A stretch of DNA of 64,000 nucleotides from an uncultured Chloroflexia bacterium (GTDB lineage: Bacteria > Chloroflexota > Dormibacteria > Aeolococcales > Aeolococcaceae): contig CAWJVN010000007.1 of NCBI GenBank assembly GCA_963846365.1, positions 1,704,133 to 1,768,132 of the forward strand, written 5' to 3'. The translations under genes and the position numbers were made by a program. This document shows positions 9,121 through 17,239 of this stretch, piece by piece. Below the pieces are notes generated by a model, which did not search any database, was not told the DNA's origin, and was given only the letters and a program-made list of their open reading frames with translations. How positions within the stretch are numbered: position 1 is the first letter of the stretch; each line of letters begins with the position of its first letter.

Positions 9121-10628
9121 GCGGGCCTCCGGCGGCGCGCAATTCGCTCGCGCTCGACCACCGCACCACCGGCGCGGGGGCGGAGGCACGGCGCGATCAC
9201 CGGAAGGGCGCGGACACGCGCGCCAGCGGCGAGCACCCGGTCCACGAGGGTGTGGGGCCGGAGGACGCCGGCCACCGCGGGAGGTCGCAGGCCGCCGGAT
9301 CGGCGCTCCAGCCTCCCACCTCGACGCCACGCACCTCCGCTGCGACCACGGGCGCGTCGGGCGGAGGCGCGTGCTTCGGTCGGTCCGCGCCTGCTGCGGG
9401 AGGTCCCAGCGACGTTGAGCCCCCGGATGATGCCCGGCAGGCCATCCCCGGGAAGCCGTGCGAAGCAAGAGGCGGACCGGGGTCTGGCCTCATGGTCCTC
9501 TCCGCTGGCGTCGACGCGCTGTATGCCTCAGCGGTGGGCGCGCCCGCCCCGTGCCACCTCGCCACCGCCAAGGGGCGCAAGGCGGACGCTGTGGCGGAGG
9601 AGCAGGCGGTGATCTGGGAGCCGGAGGACGCCGGGAGGGCGTTCCTCGTGCGTCCCCACGGCTGGCGCGGGTTCCCCATCTGGCTCACCTCGCCCGCGAT
9701 GGACGTGTGCATGGGCGGCGGCAAGGCGCTGCCGGCCCTCTACCTGTGGCTCCAGGCGCCGTTCATCCACCAGGTAGGCGTCGAGCTCGCCGTGGAGGAG
9801 GCGGAGCGAGTGCGCACCGCGCTGGTCACGACGCCGGTGCGGAAGCCCGATCCCGACCGGGAGTGGCCGCGCCCGGATTGCTGGCCGGACGATCCCCTCA
9901 CCCCAACGGGACCCCCGCCTCTCGGCGCCACCCTCAACGCGTCCCGGATCGACCTCTACGTGGACATGCAGGGCTGGGAGCCGACCCGGGAGGACTTCCC
10001 GCGGTTCGTCTGCCGGGCGCAGCGCAAGACCGAGTTCGAGGGTGCGCGGCAGCTGCACACCCGGGGCCGGCGGCTGGAGGGCTTCATGTTCGGCCGCGGC
10101 GCGATCGCAGCCCGGATCTACGACAAGACCCTCGAGCTGGCGAGCCGGGGCGAGACCTGGCCGCACGCCATCTGGGAGGGCGTCGATCCCGAGCAGCACG
10201 TCTGGCGAGTGGAGATCCAGTTCCGCCGACCGGCGCTCAAGTCGTTCCGGCTGCGGACGGTCGCCGACGTGCTCGCCGCCCGCGAGGAGCTCTGGGACTA
10301 CGGCATGCGCTGGATCTCGCTTCGGGTCCCGAACGGGGACACCAACCGCTCGCGGTGGCCGGAGGCGCCGGTGTGGAGGGCGCTGCGGAAGACGGCGATG
10401 GGGTCGCCGCGTTCGGAGCTGGTGCGGGAGCGCAGGGAGGCGGCGAGCAAGCTGCGTCTCCTGCGCGGGTTCGTCGGCTACGCGACGTCGCTGGCGGCGT
10501 GCGACAAGGAGACCGACCTGGAGGGTGCCGTCGGCGAGCTGCCGGAGGTCAGCGCCTACCTCGCGCGCAAGGGTCTGACCTTCGAGGACGTGGTGACCGT
10601 CAAGCGGGAGCAGCGGTTGCATGCCTGA
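9117..10628 (+). CDS. replication initiator, Rep_trans-like (rolling-circle type)
   Basis: SRIDLYVDMQGW, GFMFGRGAIAARIYDKTLEL and HVWRVEIQFRR resemble the conserved blocks of replication initiation factor (Rep_trans) proteins. The first 125 codons are low-complexity; the alternative start ATG 9492 (MVLSAGVDALYAS) is at least as likely. Confidence 0.7.
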   Translation: MSGPPAARNSLALDHRTTGAGAEARRDHRKGADTRASGEHPVHEGVGPEDAGHRGRSQAAGSALQPPTSTPRTSAATTGASGGGACFGRSAPAAGGPSDVEPPDDARQAIPGKPCEARGGPGSGLMVLSAGVDALYASAVGAPAPCHLATAKGRKADAVAEEQAVIWEPEDAGRAFLVRPHGWRGFPIWLTSPAMDVCMGGGKALPALYLWLQAPFIHQVGVELAVEEAERVRTALVTTPVRKPDPDREWPRPDCWPDDPLTPTGPPPLGATLNASRIDLYVDMQGWEPTREDFPRFVCRAQRKTEFEGARQLHTRGRRLEGFMFGRGAIAARIYDKTLELASRGETWPHAIWEGVDPEQHVWRVEIQFRRPALKSFRLRTVADVLAAREELWDYGMRWISLRVPNGDTNRSRWPEAPVWRALRKTAMGSPRSELVRERREAASKLRLLRGFVGYATSLAACDKETDLEGAVGELPEVSAYLARKGLTFEDVVTVKREQRLHA

Positions 10629-10884
10629 GGTGATGGCACCGCTGAGGCTGGCGCTCACGATGGATGAAGCTGCAGCGGCTCTAGGCTGCAGTCGCCGGTC
10701 CATGTATCGTCTGGTCGCTCATGGCGAGATCGAGGCGGTGAAGGTCGGCAGCCTGACCCGGGTGCCGATCGCGGTTCTGGAGAACTACCTCACCACCAAG
10801 CTCACCCCGCCGCCCCACGTGCCACCGTCCCTGGTGCCGAGGGCGCCGGCTCAGTGGCGGGGAAGGGGAGGTCGCCGTGGATAA
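10621..10884 (+). CDS. xis: excisionase-family DNA-binding protein (Xis)
   Basis: LTMDEAAAALGCSRRSMYRLVAHGEIEAVKVGSLTRVPIAVLENYL is an HTH_17/MerR-like excisionase pattern. It lies between rep and int and overlaps both. Confidence 0.75.
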   Translation: MPEVMAPLRLALTMDEAAAALGCSRRSMYRLVAHGEIEAVKVGSLTRVPIAVLENYLTTKLTPPPHVPPSLVPRAPAQWRGRGGRRG

Positions 10885-12001
10885 GCGCGGCAACGGCGAG
10901 GGGTCGATCTATCGTCGTGAGTCCGATGGCATGTGGGTGGCCGCGATCTACCGCAATGGCCATCGCCGGGTCGTGTACGCACCCACCCGCCAGGAGGCTG
11001 CCAAGAAGCTTCAGGCGCTGCTCCGCACCCTTGAGGACGGCACGCCGGTGCGCAGGTCCCAGCACACCGTGGAGGGCTACCTTCGTGAGTGGCTGGCCGC
11101 GGTCCGGCCCGGGCTCAAGGCGAAGACGTGGGAGCGGTACGAGGGTTGCCTTCGCCTCCATGTAATCCCAGAGCTGGGTGGGATGCCCCTTGCGAAGCTC
11201 CAGACCGATCACCTCCACCGCCTGTACGAGCTGAAGCTGGCCGGCGGCCTGAGCCCATCGAGCGTGCATCAGGTGCACCGCACGCTGAGGACGGCCCTGG
11301 AGCAGGCGGTGACGTGGGGGACCATCCTCCGAAATCCGGCCGCGTACGCCAAGCCGCCTCGGCTCAGGGAGCGGCCGATGATGGTGCTGGACACGATGCA
11401 GTGCCTGAGGCTCCTCGAGGTAGCGCAGGGTCGTCGCCTGGAGGCACTCTTCGTGCTCGCTGTCACCACTGGCATGCGGGAGGGCGAGCTGCTCGCGCTC
11501 CACTGGGGTGACGTAGATCTGAGCCGCGGTGTCGTCGCGGTCACCGGGACGCTGTCGCGGTCACGTGCCGGCCTGGAGATCACCGACCCGAAGACGCTCA
11601 GGGCACGTCGGCAGATCCTCCTGACCGCACAGGCAGTACAGGCGCTCCAGAGACATCGGCTGGTGCAGGCGCGGACGAGACTGTCAGTCGGAGCCCGGTG
11701 GGCCGAGAACGACCTGGTTTTCCCGACGATGGAGGGGCGGCTCATGGACCGCGAGCGCTTGCTGCGCCGGCACTTCGCCCCACTGCTGCGCGACTCTGGT
11801 CTGCCGCACATGCGGTTCCATGACCTGCGGCACACTGCAGCTACGCAGATGCTGCAGCGTGGCGTCCATCCCCGGGTGGTCGCTGACATCCTCGGACACA
11901 GTGATCCCGCCATCACCCTAAGGGTCTACAGTCACGTTGTGCCAGCCATGCACGACCAAGCGGCGCGCGCCATGGAAGGCTTGTTCGACCGCTCCGAATA
12001 G
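10877..12001 (+). CDS. int: tyrosine-type site-specific integrase
   Basis: The GTG start follows GGAGG. Catalytic blocks are TGMREGELLALHWGDVDL (Arg) and HDLRHTAATQMLQRGVHPRVVADILGHSDPAITLRVYSHV (HxxR...H...Y). Confidence 0.9.
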   Translation: MDKRGNGEGSIYRRESDGMWVAAIYRNGHRRVVYAPTRQEAAKKLQALLRTLEDGTPVRRSQHTVEGYLREWLAAVRPGLKAKTWERYEGCLRLHVIPELGGMPLAKLQTDHLHRLYELKLAGGLSPSSVHQVHRTLRTALEQAVTWGTILRNPAAYAKPPRLRERPMMVLDTMQCLRLLEVAQGRRLEALFVLAVTTGMREGELLALHWGDVDLSRGVVAVTGTLSRSRAGLEITDPKTLRARRQILLTAQAVQALQRHRLVQARTRLSVGARWAENDLVFPTMEGRLMDRERLLRRHFAPLLRDSGLPHMRFHDLRHTAATQMLQRGVHPRVVADILGHSDPAITLRVYSHVVPAMHDQAARAMEGLFDRSE

Positions 12002-12216
12002 TCGTCGGCGAGGCTCTATGCAGCCGAACCCGGGGTCTCGCATGCGGCGGCTCGCGGGCAAGACCGTAAGGCACCAGAGGCCCAAGTCACGATGAGGGGC
12101 GGCATGAAATCCCGCCAGATTGATCGGGTTAGAATTGGTGTGGTTCGTTGGATCATGGGGTCGTGGAAATCTGCCCACGATCTCCACCAAGTGCCTTCCG
12201 GCTCGGCAGTGAGTGG

Positions 12217-12238
12217 TGTAGCAACCTATGTAGCAACC
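12217..12238 (+). repeat. arm-type repeat pair TGTAGCAACC x2 (12-nt period), downstream of int
   Basis: tgtagcaacc ta tgtagcaacc, about 90 nt upstream of att copy 2. Probable integrase arm-binding sites. Confidence 0.75.
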
Positions 12239-12326
12239 CGTGGGCTCGCGCGGTCCCCATGGGGCACGTCCTGGCATGAAGACATGGCTCTACTCCAACA
12301 ACTCTTGGTGCCGATAAAGGCTGAAA

Positions 12327-12381
12327 CTGCTTTGGGAGCAGGGGGTCCCCAGTTCGAATCTGGGCGCCCCGACTTGAACTT
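12327..12381 (+). repeat. att core copy 2 (displaced 3' tRNA-Pro fragment)
   Basis: 55/55 identity to 1676-1730. The sequence upstream of it (ctgaaa) does not continue the tRNA, so this copy is only a tRNA fragment. Confidence 0.9.
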
Positions 12382-12400
12382 TCCGGGCGCTGGCTCGGTT

Positions 12401-12419
12401 TGTAGCATGAGATGTAGCA
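12401..12419 (+). repeat. third TGTAGCA pair (12-nt period), located outside the AICE, 20 nt past att copy 2
   Basis: tgtagcatgaga tgtagca. It has the same period and the same distance from the core as the 1751-1772 pair. Confidence 0.6.
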
Positions 12420-12455
12420 CGACGTGTCGATCTCAGCGTGCGAGGCAGGCGGCGA

Positions 12456-13079
12456 TCAGGGAAGCGCCACAACCACCTGGCTGCCGTGAAGCCCTGGCGC
12501 GGCAGGCTGAGGCTCCCAGTTCAACGACTCGAAGATCGTCGAGCACCCGGCACTGCTCGGTGCCGCCCCGGTCCAACATAGGCCGGAGAAATTGAAGGTC
12601 TTTCCGCCGACTTCTTGGGGCACGTCGAAACTGAGCGCGTAGGTCTCGGTAGGGAGCCCGGCATCGACCCGGAGCACCTGCATCGTGACCTGACGGCCGC
12701 CGACCCTCATTTTGCGCTCGCCCACTGCGGTGGTGGAGATGGCGTTGACGATTGCGGTTGCGTCCGTGGTGGTGGTCGTCCAGGACACGGAGAACGAAGC
12801 CGCCTGGGGACCGGCCGCGGCGAGTTCCACCAAGGTAGGGGTACCGCGGCCTGGGAAGGGCCCGGGCGCGAAGGGCGTTGATACGACCCGCCACCCGGCC
12901 GGGATGGAGAGACGCAGGGCGCGAGCGGCGGTCGGCTGCTCGTGCCGCCACCACACAACCGCGATGGTGGCGACCAGGAGGGCGAGTATGCCGACGAGTG
13001 CTGCGCGCTGACGTCGATGGGGATGGGCGACGTGCGGGGAGCTCATACCCATGATGGTGGGCGTTCCCGCACTCGCCAC
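12456..13079 (-). CDS. membrane-anchored hypothetical protein
   Basis: N-terminal anchor AALVGILALLVATIAVVWW followed by an extracytoplasmic domain with no motif I recognise. The start is uncertain (alternative MGMSS). Confidence 0.5.
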   Translation of the reverse strand: MASAGTPTIMGMSSPHVAHPHRRQRAALVGILALLVATIAVVWWRHEQPTAARALRLSIPAGWRVVSTPFAPGPFPGRGTPTLVELAAAGPQAASFSVSWTTTTTDATAIVNAISTTAVGERKMRVGGRQVTMQVLRVDAGLPTETYALSFDVPQEVGGKTFNFSGLCWTGAAPSSAGCSTIFESLNWEPQPAAPGLHGSQVVVALP

Positions 13080-13627
13080 CCACGCAAGAGCGTGACAAGG
13101 CGCCTACACCTCGCCACATGTCGCCGCGGCGTGGAGCCGACGGAGCGACACGTCCGATAGCGCGGAGGGCGCATGAGCGTCGCCGGATCCAAAGTTCGGT
13201 CTCAGCTTAGCGGCCGTCGCATCCCGATCTCGGCGCGCCATCGCGCGTGGTCATGGACGGGCATCCCGGGGCGCGGACATTGCCCCCCAAGCTGCCCCCG
13301 CCTGCGTTTGGACCTGTTGGCGATGACTTGGCTCTCGCCTCGATGTCGTGCCTGAGGCCAGCTGGGGGCGGACCGATCCGAGGCTATCGATGGTGTAGGA
13401 GGAGGCGCCCGCTGTCGACCGCCATCTGCAAACTCGCTCGGGCCGCCCCGGCCACTGCCATTTCCCCCCGCGGCCGGTTCGAGGCTCGGCACCGTGGTGC
13501 AGCGCGAGGCGCGTCCCTGCAGGCCGGTGGCAGGCACCTTCCGTCCGCACCGTTGGGAAGCCCGTCCTAGTCCACCCGGCCAAGGGAGGGCACCATGGCG
13601 TTGGCCACGGTGCGCTAATATACCTTG

Positions 13628-15028
13628 ATGCCCCAGGCGGCCGCGATCTACGCCCGCATCTCCTCCGATCCGGACGGCACCCGCATGGCGATCACCCGCC
13701 AGATCGAGGACTGCCGGGCCTTCGCCCAACGCCGCCGCTGGCAGGTCGCGGACCTGTACGTGGACGACGATGTGGGCGCGTATTCGGGGCGCCGGCGGCC
13801 GGAGTACGAGCGGATGCTCGACGATCTGGGGGCGGGCCGGGTGGATGGGGTGATCGTCTACCACCTCGATCGGCTGCACCGCCGTCCCCGCGAGCTCGAG
13901 GACTTCCTCGACACCTGCGCCCGGGCGGGGGTCCGGGACATGGCCTGCGTCACCGGTGAGATCGACCTCGCCACCCACGACGGGCAGTTCCACGCCCGTA
14001 TCCTGGGCGCCGTGTCCCGCAAGGAGAGCGACGACAAGAGCCGGAGGATCTCCCGCAAGCACCTCGAGATCGCTCGGGCGGGACGGGTCAGCGGCGGCGG
14101 CGCGCGAGCATACGGCTATGCGGATGACCGGGTCACCATTGTGCGCGAGGAGGCCGCGGTGATCCGCGAGATGGCTCAGCGGATCCTCGCCGGTGACAGC
14201 CTGCGGTCGGTGGCCACCGACCTCAACGCCCGGGACACCCCGACGGTCTCGGGCCGGGAGTGGAAGTCGCACGTGGTCCGGAAGATCCTCCTCTCGGCGC
14301 GGATCAGCGGGCAGCGTGAGCACCATGGAGAGATCCTCGGCAAGGCCGTCTGGCCGGGGATCATCCGGCCGCGGCAGACGCTGCGGCTCCGAGCGTTGCT
14401 CGGCGACCCCGAGCGTCGCACCAAGCGAGTGCCACGCCGGTATCTCCTGGCCTCCCTGCTCCGCTGTCATGCGTGCGGCCACCCGCTCGCGGCGCGTCCG
14501 ATCGACGATGGGCGTCGCCGCTACGTATGCGCCAAGGCCCCGGGACTCCCGGGATGCGGAGGCACCTTCGTCATGGCGGAGGAGATCGAGGCTCACATCA
14601 TCGACGAGGTGCTGGGCCGGCTCAGTTCGCCTCGGTTCGAGGCCGCCGCCGGACGCAGGAACTGCCAAGACGATGCCCGGGCGGCCGAGGCACAGCGCCT
14701 CGTCGACGAGGCCCACGGACGGCTGGAGGAGCTGGCCGAGGTCTATGGCCGGGGCGAGATCAGCCTGCGTGAGTGGCAGGCGGCGCGGGTGCCGGTGACC
14801 CAGCGCGTGGAGAAGGCACAGGTCGTCCTGCGCCGGCAGACGCAGACGACCGCCCTCGAGGCGGTCCTCGGGCAGCCCGGTGGCGTCGCGGCCGCCTTCG
14901 CTCCCCTGAGCCTCGCCCGCAAGCAGGCCGTGATCGCGGCGGTGATGGACCACGCCGAGGTCGGTCCGGCGGTTCGAGGGCTCAACAGGTTCGATCCCAG
15001 TCGGGTCCGTCCTGCGTGGCGGACCTGA
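13628..15028 (+). CDS. large serine recombinase (resolvase + recombinase + zinc-ribbon domains)
   Basis: AAIYARISSDPDG (catalytic Ser), VIVYHLDRLHRRPRELEDF, recombinase domain, and zinc ribbon LLRCHACGHPLAARPIDDGRRRYVCAKAPGLPGCGG. Confidence 0.85.
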   Translation: MPQAAAIYARISSDPDGTRMAITRQIEDCRAFAQRRRWQVADLYVDDDVGAYSGRRRPEYERMLDDLGAGRVDGVIVYHLDRLHRRPRELEDFLDTCARAGVRDMACVTGEIDLATHDGQFHARILGAVSRKESDDKSRRISRKHLEIARAGRVSGGGARAYGYADDRVTIVREEAAVIREMAQRILAGDSLRSVATDLNARDTPTVSGREWKSHVVRKILLSARISGQREHHGEILGKAVWPGIIRPRQTLRLRALLGDPERRTKRVPRRYLLASLLRCHACGHPLAARPIDDGRRRYVCAKAPGLPGCGGTFVMAEEIEAHIIDEVLGRLSSPRFEAAAGRRNCQDDARAAEAQRLVDEAHGRLEELAEVYGRGEISLREWQAARVPVTQRVEKAQVVLRRQTQTTALEAVLGQPGGVAAAFAPLSLARKQAVIAAVMDHAEVGPAVRGLNRFDPSRVRPAWRT

Positions 15029-15085
15029 CGAGCGGCGCACTCAGGTCGCTGTCGGCGAGACGCCTGCGATATCGGCGAGGTGAGG

Positions 15086-16384
15086 TTACGAGGCTGTCGA
15101 CTGGGGTCCGGCCATACGTGCTCTCCGGTCCGCGAGCCAGCGTCGAAGGAACTCGGCCGTGAACGTGGCCGCCTGGCCAGGCCGCATGTGCCAGAGCCGC
15201 TCGTCGGCGAAGGCCCGGCTGACCTCCTGATTGGTGGGATCGAACCCCCAGTAGGGGCCGATGTCTGTGCCGACCCGGCGCTCAGCGCCGGCGAGCATCG
15301 CGTGAGCGAGCTGGGGTCCACCCGTGGAGTCGTCGGCGATCACGGTGTCCGACCCGTCACGCTCGGCCTCTGGTCCCCCGAGGGTCACCGGACGGGGCCG
15401 GTCCCCCGGTTCCGTGAGGGTGGCCAGCCAGTCCCCCGTCGATAGGCGATGGACGGTGTACACCGCGTCGGGCTGTCCATCAACGACGCTGTCCACCGCC
15501 GCCCATGTCCGCAGAAGCTGACAGGCCCATCGATCAAAGTCGTCATTCAGCGCGTCACCCGTTGCGCGTGGCATCTCGTCGTCCAGCCCAAGACGTCGCA
15601 GGTCCCCCTCGACCGACCTCAGCAGGCTACGAACATTGGCGGCCCGAGCGATCGACGGCTCGTCCCCGAACCTGCGAGCCGCGAGGAGCCCCGCAACAAT
15701 GCGGAAGATCGCGGCCCAGTCGGGGAAGACAGGTGGAATCCCGCCCAGCAGGGAGACGAGCTCCTGCTGCCGGCGGAGGTGGTGTCTCAGCTGGTTGCGA
15801 ACACGCGTGGCCTCCACGAGCCCGCTCATGACCAGCATGTCGAGGGTCGCGGCAACATTGCCCTTGCCATATGCGGCACCGGTCGCCAGCTCCGAGATCG
15901 ACTGCAATCGCGACGGCTCGGCCAGCAGGAGGCGCGCGACCTCGGCACGTGCCGAGACGCCCATCACCGCGCGCAGCCGGAGCTGGACGAGCGCAGGGCG
16001 ACTGAGGTCCGGGATGGTGCTGCGCCCCGAAAGGCGAATCGGCAGAGGCTCCCCCTTGCCCGGCCACGGCACACGGGCATGGGTACGCACTGTGCTCGCA
16101 TAGCGGGAGAAGCCGGAGTCGCCGGAGTCGACGGCCCTGGACAGGTTGCGCAGGCGCACGGCGGAGACGAAGCGGCCGTTCGTGATGCACCAATCAAGAG
16201 ACTCATCCCGTAGCCGCGCGTCCTGGTCACCGAGGTTGCCGGTGAAGATGATCAGCAACTCGAGGTCGAGAGCCTGCCAGGAATGGCGCCTGACCCATCC
16301 GCTCACGCCCAGCTCCGCCCATTGGCTCCAGGCGAGCTCGAGAGCCAGGTCTGTGATCTCCGCGCTAAAGGTGGGCATCGGCAT
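15086..16384 (-). CDS. hypothetical 432-aa protein with a central winged-helix domain, partner of the upstream nucleotidyltransferase
   Basis: The start MPMPTFSAE at 16384 overlaps the NTase stop by 20 nt. The wHTH-like stretch is ARAEVARLLLAEPSRLQSISELATGAAYGKGNVAATLDMLVMSGLVEATRVRNQL. The rest is unrecognised. Confidence 0.6.
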   Translation of the reverse strand: MPMPTFSAEITDLALELAWSQWAELGVSGWVRRHSWQALDLELLIIFTGNLGDQDARLRDESLDWCITNGRFVSAVRLRNLSRAVDSGDSGFSRYASTVRTHARVPWPGKGEPLPIRLSGRSTIPDLSRPALVQLRLRAVMGVSARAEVARLLLAEPSRLQSISELATGAAYGKGNVAATLDMLVMSGLVEATRVRNQLRHHLRRQQELVSLLGGIPPVFPDWAAIFRIVAGLLAARRFGDEPSIARAANVRSLLRSVEGDLRRLGLDDEMPRATGDALNDDFDRWACQLLRTWAAVDSVVDGQPDAVYTVHRLSTGDWLATLTEPGDRPRPVTLGGPEAERDGSDTVIADDSTGGPQLAHAMLAGAERRVGTDIGPYWGFDPTNQEVSRAFADERLWHMRPGQAATFTAEFLRRWLADRRARMAGPQSTAS

Positions 16385-16943
16385 CGTCGACCCCGAGTGC
16401 GGCAAGTACCGTGAGCAGGAGCGTCCTGTACCCAGACGATGGGTCGTGGGTGCATGACCACCTGGCGGCGGCGAGGAGCTCGCCGCGCTGTGGGGACAAG
16501 CCGACCAGGTCCTGGAAGTGCTTGCTGGTCGTTCCGTTGTCGGCCGCGGCGTACAGCTTGAAGCAGATCTGGTCATAACGGCTGGCGAGATGCAGGATGA
16601 GGGCGCCGAAGGTGCGCATCTCAAGTCGCTGCGCGAACCCCTCTGGAAGACCGAGATCCAGCAGACCCGCCGGCCCAGCATTCAGCCAATCCGGTCCCAG
16701 TCCGAGGGTCTCGCCCACATCGCGGACCGCCTCGACGAGCGGCTCAGGAAGGGGGTCGGCCCGATGGTAGCCCTCGGCGTCGACAAGCGCGACGATGTCG
16801 ATGTCCCTGGTCGGCCGGACGAGGAGACCGATGAGCATGAGACCGCTGCCACCGGCGGCCACGAGCTCGTAGCGGAGCCCGCGCGCCGCCAGGACCCGCC
16901 CGAGAGCATCGAGCGCCCCCTCGAGGGACGACTGATTGAGCAT
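16365..16943 (-). CDS. minimal Pol-beta-superfamily nucleotidyltransferase (DUF6036/MNT-like)
   Basis: YELVAAGGSGLMLIGLLVRPTRDIDIVAL carries the G-S and DxD nucleotidyltransferase motifs. The later block is ASRYDQICFKLYAAADNGTTSKHFQDLVGL. Confidence 0.65.
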   Translation of the reverse strand: MLNQSSLEGALDALGRVLAARGLRYELVAAGGSGLMLIGLLVRPTRDIDIVALVDAEGYHRADPLPEPLVEAVRDVGETLGLGPDWLNAGPAGLLDLGLPEGFAQRLEMRTFGALILHLASRYDQICFKLYAAADNGTTSKHFQDLVGLSPQRGELLAAARWSCTHDPSSGYRTLLLTVLAALGVDDADAHL

Positions 16944-17239
16944 GATCGCTCATGTTAGCAGAGCGATTCACTCAGGTAACATGTGGGCTATGCCGGCGGG
17001 CAGGTGCTGACCGCCCGGCAGGCTGTCCCGCCATCCGTTTCTCCCATCGGCGCGGATCGAGGATGGCCTGGCCGCAGGAGGATCATCCCCTGCCGCCGTC
17101 GGCCGCATACGCCATCACGGCGCGAACATCATCGAGCGTGATGCTCGACGTGTCGGAATCCCTGGTAAGGTGAGCGGCTGCCCGGTATCGAGACAACGCG
17201 GCTGCGCGTTGGGCCGCACGCCTGCCAGGGGTCCCCGCC

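Larger units (their letters stand above)
1676..12381 (+). mobile_element. actinomycete integrative and conjugative element (AICE, pSAM2-like) integrated in the 3' end of tRNA-Pro
   Basis: Bounded by a perfect 55-bp direct repeat. Contains a rep-xis-int operon, an FtsK/SpoIIIE-type transfer gene, small Spd-like ORFs, SSB and an HTH-NUDIX gene. All ORFs are uninterrupted. Confidence 0.85.

Noticed and set aside
13202-15040. 612-aa ORF on the minus strand
   Set aside because: It is the antisense shadow of the serine recombinase gene. The translation is Arg/Pro/Gly-rich with no motif, and long shadow ORFs are expected in high-GC DNA.
15782-15799. R-x4-H (RNQLRH) motif in the 432-aa protein, reminiscent of a HEPN active site
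   Set aside because: It lies in the wing of the predicted winged-helix domain. The surrounding sequence does not look like a HEPN four-helix bundle, so it is most likely coincidental.
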